A DNA stretch of 64,000 bases from Tubiluchus corallicola. Lineage: Eukaryota > Animalia > Priapulida. The DNA lies in contig JAQGDQ010000013.1 of the NCBI GenBank assembly GCA_030141605.1, positions 820,447 to 884,446 of the forward strand. Direction: 5' to 3'. A program made the position numbers and the translations under genes. Below, piece by piece: positions 52,501 through 63,845 of the stretch (positions are counted from its first letter, which is position 1; every line of letters begins with the position of its first letter). The notes beneath the pieces were generated by a model. The model saw only the letters and a program-made list of their open reading frames with translations. It was not told the origin of the DNA and searched no databases.

Positions 52501-55500
52501 GCAAGAAGTCGATCAATAAGTTAGTGTGTACGATCACGCAAGCGTACACCAGACTAAGCTACTCTATAGGTTAAGTTGAAGTGCTTGACAAAGCGTTTTT
52601 GTTAATTTTATCCAATTAAATCAGTTACAAATGTTTGAACAAATAGCATGATTGGATAACTGAGATTCTCCTGCATAGAAAACTACCTAATTTGTAATTA
52701 TTTATTTGTGCCTGTGTTTGTACAGTAGCAGAAAAGTCACACTAGGTCTTATAAGATCTATTTTGAGTGGCGTAGACCTGAAAAGAGTTGGGCAATATTA
52801 GGAAAATTTAAAGTTAACGAGAACGATGCACTTACTGAATTTCATCCATTAGATTGTCCAGCAGTTTACCATTCTCTAACTGAAAAAAGTAAATGTCTGA
52901 TGGGTTTTCCACGTACGAAACTTTGCACTTGAAGCGATTTTCCCAACCTGTCTTTGGAACTTCGCACTTCTTGTAGTAGGTTTTTGCTCCGACTGCATCG
53001 GCAGGTAACTGTTTAGGAGTGTTATCAAACTTACGAGGTTTGGTTATGTCCTGGTCGTGTTCAGAAATTGAAAAAAAAAGATACAATAGATAACGATAGT
53101 TTGCGAAGCAGTTTAATTAGAAGACGAGTTATTGTTAATATTGCACCTTAAGCAGCAGAGTAAAAAAAAACAGCTACAATAATGAAACTTCGTAACATTA
53201 GCATTTACACGGGTAGCAAAAATCAGAGTCGGCTACCGTTTTCCTTATACCCGTCTCACTGCTGTGGGTAGCCGAGTGTTAAGATTCAGTGGCAGAGAAT
53301 AAATTATAATCATTTATATTCACAAATAAAAACAAACACATGTGCATTTCATCTAAATGTGTTATCTTAACAATATACATTCAGTTATTACAGGCATAGC
53401 ATACTTTCTGACAAAGAAATTAATGTCCTTCAAAAAACAGTAAAATAAGAACTATTGGGTGGCCAAACTTCTGTTTTCCATATCAAAATGATGAATGATA
53501 AAACCCTGCATTATTCAAATAGCGGATATTTATAAACCTTCACTTATACAGCCCTTAAACAGCCTTTCTATTAACATTTGAGCAACTTTTCTACTGACCA
53601 TCCGTCGGAATAGAAGGCGAGGCAACTTTACTACTGATCACCGGTCAGAAAAGGCAAGGTGCATAGCCAAATGGTCACTGTGTCGTGAGTGGTGAATAGA
53701 ATTACGAATGACAGCTCCCACAAGTTGGCATTGTTGACACATATTTAAAATGACAATGAATGTTCATATTAAAAAATAGAGTTAACTCACCACATCAGAA
53801 TTCAAACTTTTAATACTTGTACGAAAGTTTGGGTCTGAGTACAGCAAAACGCACCCTAGAAAGCATATAAACAGCTAAATAAATCCGATTCAGTTATTCA
53901 AAATGTAATTAAAGCCAAATAATTGCATAATAATTAAACATTCATTAAAAACTGGGCAAAACTGGTGCCACAGAAAGTGTTATTGGGACATCCAGATTTT
54001 CTGGACAAATTGCTGGTTTCTTCCCCTAAAGTTCAGTTAATCGAATTCTAAATACTGGGATTAAGCACAAAAATTTAATTAGGATACTTAATTAAATTAT
54101 TAAATTTTATTACAGGCACTTAAACTTACAGGTTGGCTCAACCATTACTTGTTTGGCATTTTTAAATACATAATTAGAGCATAGTTTACTATACTGTAAT
54201 AATTTCTTTACTGGTCTGCTTATTCACTACCTATTTGGCTTCTAGCCACTTAATTAGATGCACAACGTCCTATAGGCTCTGTCTATATAAACCGGTTGTA
54301 TGTTTGTAAAATTTACCACTGATGATGAGAGCAATAGTCTGTGGAAACATTTGGCATGATTTTTGACTATGTGAATTGGAAGTTTTAATAAAGTTGTGTT
54401 GTTTTGGGTATAATAATTTAATTGTTATGAATAAAAATATCCTATACAAATTCTATTAAAAAAGATACGGAACACAGAATTGCTAAATTCAAACAAATAA
54501 CAATAGCACTCAACTACTCACAACCTTACAAAAATATCTACGAAATAATGAACAGTTTGTCCAAATACTCACTCATCTACTCTAACACACACTTATTTAC
54601 TCATACTTACTCAATGACTCACTTGCTCACTAAATTACTCAATCATTTACATCCACATTCTTAGAGATTCCACCACAGTGTCACCGTACCTGTATTCACC
54701 GTAAGTGTAGGCATACTAAAGTGCCAGTACAGTAAGTCCACGCTTAACCACTCTCCATTTAGACATGTTTCGTTTTAATGACGCAAAACGTTTGACACAT
54801 TTTTTCTCTTAACGCCACATGTTTTGTTTTAACGACGATTTTGTTACTTTGATAAAGCCACTTTTATTTTATCAACAACATTTATACCTAATTTGAGGCA
54901 ATAAAATAGTACATTTTGCATTATTCTGTCCTAAAAAAGTATTGGTTTTGCGTAACATCATATATTGCTGGAATGCATTAGTGTCACAAAGCAAAGACTT
55001 ACTGTACTACAAGTATTAAAAGACCTCACTTCTAATTTTCGAATAACAGGTAATAGTTGTTCATTGTTATCATTTTTAAATTTCTAGTGTTATGAATGAA
55101 TCTACCCACAACCCAGTGTGAAGCATTGTATCCATAAACAGAAACTGCAGCTTAATTGCTCTATATCAGGGGTGTGCAAATTATCTGACTAGCCGGGCCA
55201 CATTAAACTTTCCCGCAATTCCTGCGGGCCACGGGCAGTTTGATGAAGGAGCCAAGTACAGAAAGGCCTAATAACGATTTTTTTGCATCCGACCTGCGAA
55301 CATCATTACTACTACACTCAAGACACCATTTTAGAAGTTATTAAAATTTATATTACAAACCATATATTTCTACTTTCAGGACAGACAGTGGTAATTTCAC
55401 TACAATGCATATTAGTAATGTGTATCACACAGTCTGTGTAGTACAGCGACATTAAGCTACAACCGTCTTCTAAGGGTTAATGGCATCCGATCTAGTAGAA

Positions 55501-58500
55501 AAAACTACCCGCACTATTTTTGGGATCGTGGCACGGACTTCAGCTGGATACACTCAATTAATCGCCCGGGCTGCACTTTCATTAGGTTGACAAATCCCTT
55601 CACGGGCCGCACAAATTCTCTCGGCGGGCCGCAATTTGCACACCCCTGCTCTATATTATCACCATCAAATGCTTACAAACCAGAGCTAAACACTTAAACA
55701 ATCGCTGATAGAGCAGCAAAGTGACAGTACCAGAGATGACTAGTTCCGACTAGGGTTGCCATCCTGTCATGAATCGAAGTCAGGAGTTAAAACCTAACTA
55801 AGGGTCTGCAAGCTCCTCCAGTGAGGCCCGGGGCAGAGCCCCAAAAATCAAGATTTCTCGCATTTTAGATGTTTTGTGAAACTATTTTCAGAAACTACAA
55901 TCAAGAAATTTAAACTACTTGATTTTAGAATTTAAAAAACCCTAAAAGTCTAAAACTTACAAAAGTGCAAGCAGTGAACATCAATTTTTGGAGTTCTTCC
56001 CAGTCACATTTCTCAAGTTTTCTGAGGTTTCTGAGATCGGTTCGGCAATCAAATTCTTAAGCACTTTATGTTATGTTAGTTAAAGCTAAAGTGGAAGAAT
56101 AATTGCTTTGCAGTGTTTGGTGCTGCAGCAAAAATTGGCAGAAAAACGTAGACGAGGTGAAATGATGAAGCCATGTAACCGATGAAAGTTAATTTAATTA
56201 GTTTACTGTTACCTTAGTTAACAGATCCTCAGCTGTTTTTTGGCTTAATCTTTTGCAAAATTTCAACAGCATGCACAGTACTTTCCACTTTTTTCCACTT
56301 AAATTTCGAAGAGATTTCCGAAATTTTAAAAAATCTGACCAAACTACGAATCTATGGCCAAATTCTAGGAGACTCTGAGCCAAATCAGGAGTGGTGGCAA
56401 CCCTAGCTACAGCTTTCAATATTAAACATCTTAAGTCACATAAAACATTAAAGACACATAATTATGCACAATATTCAGTACTTTACCATTTCCACAATAC
56501 TGCATATGAAGTACGGACCCATTGAAAGCAACGAGCATATCGTCTAATGAGGTAAAACCAGCTGCCGTTGGGTCTAAACATTCTCCCGTTTCTGCCTAAA
56601 CAAAATAAACAACAATAAAATGAGGCAATTTGTGTTAAGTCGGGGTTTCATGCACTGATCAAACAGTCACCAAAATATTCCCATAACTGTCACCACATTA
56701 TTGCAAATTTCGGGCAAAATCCAGTGAAAATCGCGAGAATGTAGCACCATATTTGGCAGTTTTGCAACAAAGCGAATGTTACACGGCATTCGTGTGAATA
56801 TTTTGCGATCATTTCATAACAATTTCATGAATTTTCGCAAAAAAAGTGTGGGACAACGTTCACCAAAGTGTCGTAAAATGATCGCTGAATTGTTGCAAAG
56901 TCACCGTAACATTTTCAACAGCATCGCAAAATGTTCGCCAAGTTGTCACGTGTTGTGAAATTGTTGACGAATGTTACGACAACTTTGCAGCAGTTTTGCG
57001 ACTCCAGCAACAAATGTTTAAGATTTTAAAATTTTTTGGGAAACCCTTTTGCGACAATGGCGAACACGTGAAATGTTTTGCGACTGTTTGACAAATGTTT
57101 GGAGACTGCTGGAAATTTTTGGATAGTTGCCGAAGTTTGCCTTTAGACAATCAGCAGCTGGTGCAAAATTATAGATTTGATCATTTCCCACGATGCTGTT
57201 TTGTGCTCCTGAATTTTACGTCAAAAAGATAAATAGAAAGCTGGTATTTAATATACACCTCGTAATTAACTGCTACCTTCAACACCTGGCAACACACAAG
57301 CTCCTACCTTCAACACCTGGCAACACACAAACTCCAACCTTTAACACTTTGTAACATATGAGCTCTTACCTTCAACACCTGGCAACACACAAGCTCCTAC
57401 CTTCAACACCTGGTAACATATGAACTCCTACGTTCAACATCTGGTAACACACAAGCTCCTACCTTCAACACCTGGTAACACACATGCTCCTACCTTCAAC
57501 ACCTGGCAACACACAAGCTCTTACCTTCAACACCTGGTAACACACAAGCTCCTACCTTCAACACCTGGTAACACACTAGCTCCTACCTTCAACACCTGGT
57601 AATACACAAGCTCTTACCTTCAACACCTGGCAACACACAAGCTCCTACCTTCAACACCTGGTAACACATGAGCTCCTACCTTCAACACCTGCTAACATAT
57701 GAGCTCCTACCTTCAACACCTGATAACATATGAGCTCCTACCTTCAATACCTGCTAACATATGAGCTCCTACCTTCAACACCTGGTAACACACAAGCTCC
57801 TACCTTCAACAGCTGGTAACACACAAGCTCCTACCTTCAACACCTGGTAACATACGAGCTCCTACCTTCAACACCTGGTAACATATGAGCTCCTACCTTC
57901 AACACCTGGTAACATATGAGCTCCTACCTTCAACACCTGGCAACACACAAGCTTCTACCTTCAACACCTGGCAACACACAAGCTCCTACCTTCAACACCT
58001 GGCAACACACAAGCTTCTAAATTCAACACCTGGTAACACACAAGCTCCTACCTTCAACACCTGGTAACACATGAGCTCCTACCTTCAACACCTGATAACA
58101 TATGAGCTCCTACCTTCAATACCTGATAACACATGAACTCCTACCTTCAACACCTGATAACATATGAGCTCCTACCTTCAACACCTAGTACCATATGAGC
58201 TCCTACCTTCAACACCTGGTAACACACAAGCTCTTACCTTCAACACCTGGTAACACACAAGCTCCTACCTTCAACACCTGGTAACACACAATCTCCTACC
58301 TTCAACACCTGGTAACATATGAGCTCCTACCTTCAACACCTGGTACCATATGAGATCCTACCTTCAACACCTGGTAACACACAAGCTCCTACCTTCAACA
58401 CCTGGTACCATATGAGCTCCTACCTTCAACACCTGGTAACACCTCCTCCCTTCAACACCTGGTAACACAATCTCCTACCTTCAACACTTTGTAACATATG

Positions 58501-61500
58501 AGCTCCTACCTTCAACACCTAGCAACATATGAGCTCCTACCTTCAACACTTTGTAACATATGAGCTCCTACCTTCAACACCTGGTTATAATAGTTAAATG
58601 GTTAAAAAACTTTATTAGAATCATGTTTTAAAGACTGACTACTTACCTGGAATATATCACTCAAGTTTGTTAACAACACACCACTCTTATAACCACTTAA
58701 AACTCCACCAATAAGTTCTTTTAATGCTTCTTTCCTTTGTTCTTGTTTCGTTGCACCCCGCTTGGCTTCCTTTTCTGTAATTAACGATATATTATAAATA
58801 CGTTCTACACAAAATGTAGCCAGAGCTCTGTGTAGAGATAAAATATGCTGAGGACACTCAAAAGATTCATTTGTGTCTGTAATCTGATGATGTGATATCA
58901 CCAAAATGGTAACAATATGGTATATACCATAATGGCATACCTAAAAACAGCTTTGTGTTATCCATTCTACTGAATAAAAAGTACTTAAATCGTATTACAG
59001 CAAAAGCTGCACTTTCTCAGACAGCAGAACTGCATTACAACTGCAGTGAGTGAAGCAAACTGATTCATTTGTGTTATTATGAAAACCAGTGCTGCCGTAG
59101 TTTTCCAAATAAGAACTTTGAATATCCCTCACTTGAAAAGAGGATCACCTGCCTGTGGAGTATTTTTGTACATGACAATACTTCTGTTTCAATGCACTGA
59201 AAACGTTGTTATGCTTTCGGGATACAGGGTTGATAAAAAACAACCAACTTAAAAGCTTAACTGTACCATTTCTTTACACACCATACAATTACACCTACAG
59301 AATTCGTGTAAAAGTGCTTATTGCAAAATTACAGGGTAAAAAAGTTCACCAAACTCTGTAAACGTGTATCAATAAATACAGTAGGAGGTGCTTAACAGAC
59401 TCACTTCAGGACCGAAGTGTCCTCACTCAATTAACTGACAAGTGTAGTATTACTAGTATAGATGTATGAATCATCAACTTAGTATGCACTGCAAAGGTTT
59501 TTGACGGAATTTAGAAAGAAACTAAGTAATGCCCAAATTCTTATGCAGTTATTTAAAAATATTAATTTATAAAATGAATTAATAAAAAAAGAAAATTAAA
59601 ATGTATACTTTTCTAAATCACACAAGTCTGTTTATTTACAAAAAATTCATTCAAGGTCGGCTGTTTCATTTTTTTGCGAAGAATTTGGGTCACAAAGTTC
59701 ACATACTGATAAAAACATTGAACATCTGTTGCTGTATGCTGGACAAATACTTAGTGGCGGCGCCCCGTGTTTACCTGAAAGTGGCTTCCTGGTCGTCCTT
59801 TTCAGTAGTTTGAGTCAATTATGTGGAGTTATTATGTAACTGGAGTCAATTATGTGGAGTTATTATGTGACTGGAGTCAATTATGTGGAGTTATTATGTG
59901 ACTGGAGTCAATTATGTGGAGTTATTATGTGACTGGAGTCAATTATGTGAAGTTATTATGTGACTGGAGTCAATTATATGAAGTTGTTATGTGACTGGAG
60001 TCAATTATGTGGAGTTATTATGTGACTGGAGTCAATTATGTGGAGTTATTATGTGACTGGAGTCAATTATATGGAGTTATTATGTGACTGGGGTCAATTA
60101 TGTGGAGTTATTATGTGATTGGAGTCAATTATGTGGAATTATTTGAGTTTAATATCAGCAGTTTTTATATATATTTGAGTGAAAGCCAAACGTCTTTGAG
60201 TCAATTAAGTGACTGATTCTATTAACCGTGAGTCTAATAAATGGTGTCTACTGTATATTTTTAGTGTTTATGAAAAGTGAGCGTAGCAGTCGGTCACAAA
60301 AATTCAAATACTGCTCCAAGCAAAAAGATTCTAGCTATGCTACTGTTGAAAATTGCTATAACTTTTGAAGAAATTTTATGTCAAACTTTCAAAGCGGGAC
60401 TTCAAGTTAACAGGGAGTTTTTGCTTGCTAGTTTGCAGATGTCATAATTCTTTAAAATTACGTTTCAACCTGTAACACAAAGAAAAAGTCTGGCGGCTAA
60501 AGAAGTAAAAATATTACCTAGTTTTTCTATACAATCTTTCATTGCAATGTGATAAATGGTCCAATCTCCTCGTTTATCGGGCCTATGTACAAAAGCAATG
60601 TCTGACATAGCAGTCATCAACCCGGCGACGCTGTTATAACCACGTTCATTATGGAACAAGTCGCGACCCGTAAATATCTGAAAAAGCAAGAGTATTTAGC
60701 AACATGCAGTTACAGATGATGGTAAGTTGTGCTAACACTACACATGCTAAGCGGTGGTGCAGCTAGCAGGGGAGCAACAATCTGATAAATAGCAGCATAA
60801 GATGATGGTAAGTTTTGCTAACAACACTACACATGCTAAGCAGTGACGTAGCTAGCAGGGGAGAGCAAAGGGAGTAACCCCCTGCATGTACACGTAATTT
60901 ACAGCTCCATGGCGAGTGCTGTATAGATAGTTAGACGTGAGAAATCACATACAGTGTGCAAGTGTTACATTCAAAATGCTGCATAGGCAATTTGACCTCC
61001 TGCCTAATGGATACAAAACCTAGCCACGAGTTTAATCATAAAAATGATGCTGAGACAGGTAACAAATATTAAGTGTACATTAAAGATAACAAACATTAAG
61101 TTTACCTTAAAGATAACAAACATTACGTGTACGTTAAAGATAACAAACATTAAATGTACCATAAAGATAATAAACATTAAGTGCATGTTAAAGATAACAA
61201 ACATTAAGTGTACCTTAAAGATAATAAACATTAAGTGTACATTAAAGATAACAAACATTAAGTGTACGTTGAAAATAACAAACATTAAGTGTACCTTAAA
61301 GATAACATACATTAAGTGTACCTTAAAGATAACAAACATTAAGTGTACCTTAAAGATAACAAATATTAAGTGTAGATTAAAGATAACAAACATTAAGTGA
61401 AGATTAAAGATAACAAACATTAAGTGTACCTTATATTCTTGAGGAAGATGAGCAGCAGTGATGCCATTCCTGTGTTTTTGTAGAAGCTAAAAAATATTAA

Positions 61501-63696
61501 CCAACAAATTTAACGTTTGTCAGCAAATTAAACCTTTTAATAACCTAGCAGCCAAACAGTCGCAAACTATGTATAGAAAGGTTAACAATTCTGCAACCAG
61601 CCAATTTTGTATTACATCCATTCTAAATCAATATTCGAGTATAACTATCCTTGGTAAAATTGCATTTCTGTAGAGTAATGATTTGTGAGAATGAACATTA
61701 TAGTGATTCTGACATTGTTTCTTACGTATTATATTGCTGTTCGCAAGGAATTTCTCATTCCTGGCTTTACAAACAAAGAAATAATATCAATGTTAATAAC
61801 CATTTTATTATTTATATCATGTTATTGTCACATATAATAATTTTATGCTTCCATTAATCTAACTGTACCTGTAAATTATACGTGTGAATAAACATAGTAA
61901 ATATATATAGTAAAATATAGTTCTATATGCATATAGAATATATTTAGAGAATGACATATATATATATATATATATGTAGTTATATATATATATATATAAA
62001 TTCACTAGTGTAAAAAGTTGTTTGGAAATAAAAGAAGAGTTGTAGAAAACTTTAACTAAATGCTACATTTTCGTCACAAAACAGATTTGATACCTTTTTC
62101 ATAGACTCCCTCAGTTCGTCATCAATCCCTTCTGCAGAAATCGGTGTGGCTAGTTTTACTTTTGTCGAATTCGAGTTGGTGTCTTCATCATCACTGCACG
62201 CATGCGTCGGAGTTTGTTCGGAATTTGGGGTTTCTTCGGTACTAGCATCGGTGGAAACAGGACACGTTTCAAAGCTTCGACTTGAGGGAATGTTTACCTG
62301 AAGCCATCTGTTAATTTCTAAAGCAAAAAAATATGATGAAGTAAATGATGATGTATGATAAAATAAAGTTAGTTGCTAAGATGACTAATGGATTACTGGT
62401 TGGTTAGTAAAGTTAGTAAATTTAAAGGAAGACAGGATGTTTTCTCATATTCCATTTTCAAGTACGGTAAAAAGTATGCATCTTAACATCAATAATACTG
62501 CAAAAGCGCATTAAATAGATTAAAATAGACAATTAAATAGATTAAAAACTTAATTAACAGCGAGCGAGCTCAACTTTATGACATCACAAACTAACATGTA
62601 ATTTTCAACACCAAAAACATTTTCATGAGCGTATTGCACATGTTTGCGAAAGCGAAAATTGCAGTACAGTGCTACTGTAAGAGATGCAGAGATTCAAGTT
62701 TTAAGATAAAAATTAAAATTTCAGATTTACCATTGTACCCACGCATGAGCTGTCGAACTTGTAGAATAGTTTTCCTCAGTGTAGTAGTAATGAAGCGACA
62801 GATTGAATACAAAAAATCGTTATTAGGCCCTACTGTTCTTGGGTCCTTGACCAACCTGCATGTGGCCCGCAAGAATTGCGGGAAAGTTTAATGTGGCCCG
62901 GCTAGTCAGCTAATTTGCGCACACTTGGTAATAATAGAATAGATAATATTCTAGGATAGGATAATAAAATTAATTAGTATAACTACTGAAATACTTTACC
63001 GTGTGCAGCACTATTAGGCCTAGCATTTTGTTGAGAATTGTTCGTTCTGGTTGATTGATTTCTAATAAAAACTCGTTCTGGTTCTTTAAGTGAGATTTTA
63101 TATCCACCATTGTCAAAGTCTTGTAGTGTTACACCATCAATCGACAATAAGAATTGTCTTAAGCTAGGAAAGCCATATTCTCTATAGTCCAATTCATAAC
63201 CAAAGCGACGATGAAAACTAATTGGAATGGAAGCATCAATTAGACCTTGTGGATAAGCTAATAATAGATCTTCTTTTATTCTTTTTTGTAGATATTCTAA
63301 ACTGCGTGAAAAGCAAGGTGGATTATAGTTTGATGAACTTTGTTTCATAAAACTGGATGTCTTTCCCGGTCTGACGGTTCTAGAACATGTACTTGGGCGA
63401 CTACGACCAGAGCTTTTTTGTCCACGAACTAGTCTGTCTATGTGTTGCGTTGTAGGATCTGCAACCGCGTATAATAAAGTCTGCAGGCCAAGATATTTTA
63501 TTTCGCACACATCTGGCAAAGTTTTCAAGAAATCAAGAACCGAAGAATAGCCAAATTTTTCGTAAGGAATATCCTGACCGGTTTCATGTTTATAATCTTT
63601 AGACAACGCATGCAACGGTAAGCCATGCTTGCTCGAAAGCAGTAGCGATCTTATTAGTTTCTTTGATTTCGCAATTTCTGTTGGCTTATCAGCCAT
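34534..63696 (-). CDS. TDRD5: Tudor domain-containing protein 5-like (4 LOTUS/OST-HTH domains, 1 extended Tudor, extra C-terminal domains), about 1697 aa, 22 coding exons
   Basis: Phase-consistent exons: 63696-63000, 62317-62094, 61486-61430, 60677-60518, 58774-58647, 56595-56487, 53855-53791, 53050-52836, 51563-51416, 49470-49409, 48123-48054, 47937-47851, 46339-46232, 45353-45187, 44194-44114, 43313-43199, 42784-42705, 41891-41814, 40180-40078, 39418-39294, 38310-38165, 36602-34534 (5094 nt; alternative ATG at 63702). Extended LOTUS IRSLLLSSKHGL..DY..ETG..IPY..FGY.S..DFL..LPDV..TQHIDRLVRGQK; LPADAVG; Tudor VSYVENPSDIY..GQACVAKF..EWHRVTI..VEVFYVDYGG; TDRD5-type YLCDTHSEEDMYIHEVLIKDGHA. A single Tudor favours TDRD5 over TDRD7. 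Confidence 0.9.
40255..40380 (-). mobile_element. LINE reverse-transcriptase fragment
   Basis: Frameshifted VTFGIPQGS / LGPSFFCIYFNDLP motif. Confidence 0.75.
40425..40985 (+). mobile_element. Interspersed repeat rich in TTGCGAC/TCGC motifs; related copy at about 56640-57140
   Basis: Both copies end ...TTTTGGA(C/T)AGTTGCCGAAGT and share TTTTGCGACTCC...TTTTAAAA.TTTT blocks. Confidence 0.65.
41008..41779. mobile_element. Tc1/pogo-type MITE (CAGTAGG...CCTACTG-TA); inverted relative of 59377-60255
   Basis: TIR CAGTAGGCTACGCTTAATAGACTCA / TGAGTCTATTAAGCAGTGCCTACTG. Confidence 0.8.
41912..42597. mobile_element. Tc1/pogo-type MITE (TA-CAGTAAGTCC); relatives at about 38590-38987 and 54728-55006
   Basis: TACAGTAAGTCCTC ... 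GAGGAATTACTGTA, TA-flanked; internal sequence shared with the 38590 copy. Confidence 0.75.
42995..43281 (-). repeat. 96-bp triplication of the 3' part of a TDRD5 exon plus its donor site
   Basis: Donors AAG|gtatgt (43198), AAG|gtacgt (43102) and AAA|gtaggt (43006), spaced 96 nt apart; reading frame open throughout. Confidence 0.93.
43564..44085. mobile_element. Kolobok-like TTAA element (second copy)
   Basis: Collinear similarity to 29896-30436. Confidence 0.78.
44405..44982 (+). mobile_element. PIF/Harbinger deletion derivative
   Basis: Frameshifted RKHSFWVHDILQGRE / YGQYHHLVKELQLD..FFQLSKTQIERIL, matching the N-terminus of Harbinger transposases; imperfect TIRs AGCTATGAGTCCTTGTG / CACATGGAGTCGTGTCT. 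Confidence 0.75.
46430..46993 (+). mobile_element. L2-type LINE 3' end with trinucleotide tail
   Basis: Decayed YLSDHL..Y.P / RAFVVTAP / RLP / FKKRLKAHL motifs, then (TTA)n(CTA)n(CTG)n runs. Confidence 0.75.
48330..48680 (+). mobile_element. Interspersed repeat; related copy at about 62480-62730
   Basis: Shared AATACTGCAAAAGCG..GCACATGTTTGCGAAAG..TACAGTGCTACTGTAAGA..AAGTTTTAAGATAAAAATT. Confidence 0.75.
50495..51330. mobile_element. Non-autonomous hAT element
   Basis: CATGGGCGCCG ... CGGCGCCCATG termini; degenerate 8-bp TSD CGAACATA / TGAACATG. Confidence 0.78.
54316..54354 (+). ncRNA. Degenerate minimal hammerhead ribozyme motif in a probable Penelope-like remnant
   Basis: CCA-CTGATGA-T...GAAAC(A)TT-TGG core with an imperfect stem II; AATAAA downstream. 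Confidence 0.4.
55167..55648. mobile_element. hAT (Charlie-like) MITE; related end fragment at about 62860-62927
   Basis: TIR CAGGGGTGTGCAAATT ... AATTTGCACACCCCTG; perfect 8-bp TSD CTCTATAT. Confidence 0.93.
55751..56405. mobile_element. hAT-type element (TAGGGTTGCCA termini)
   Basis: TAGGGTTGCCA ... TGGCAACCCTA; TSD not recognisable. Confidence 0.7.
57271..58585. repeat. 31-bp minisatellite x about 42
   Basis: CTCCTACCTTCAACACCTGG(T/C)AACA(CACA/TATG)AG head-to-tail. Confidence 0.97.
59377..60255. mobile_element. Tc1/pogo-type MITE carrying an internal 31-bp minisatellite (59812-60140, about 10.5 copies)
   Basis: TACAGTAGG ... CTACTGTA ends; unit GAGTCAATTATGTGGAGTTATTATGTGACTG. Confidence 0.85.
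61058..61433 (-). repeat. 27-bp tandem array x about 14 copying the donor of TDRD5 exon 3
   Basis: Minus-strand unit AAG|GTACACTTAATGTTTGTTATCTTT; begins at the true donor (61429) and stays open in the exon reading frame. Confidence 0.95.
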
Positions 63697-63819
63697 TATC
63701 ATTTACCATTACTCTACCAAAAAAACAAAACGGAAAACCACGATAAACTCTTCCTAAGATTTCCTCAAGTTATCACCACGAAGTTTGTAGGGCGCCGGGT
63801 AATCCAGTAGCCGAAGTAT

Positions 63820-63845
63820 GACACTTCCGGTAAGACGCATGTGCT
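63820..63845 (-). promoter_or_regulatory. Putative TDRD5 proximal promoter (ETS and NRF1-like motifs)
   Basis: ACTTCCGGT and CGCATGTGC about 130 nt upstream of the ATG; an acceptor-like ttttggtag at 63714-63722 suggests a short 5'UTR intron or a trans-splice site. Confidence 0.35.

Noticed and set aside
61044-61400. Plus-strand KCTLKITNI repeat resembling a beta-helix or antifreeze protein
   Set aside because: Antisense translation of the 27-bp donor array; no independent gene structure.
34534-63696. TDRD7 assignment
   Set aside because: Only one Tudor domain was found, and the LPADAV and LCDT..ED motifs fit TDRD5.
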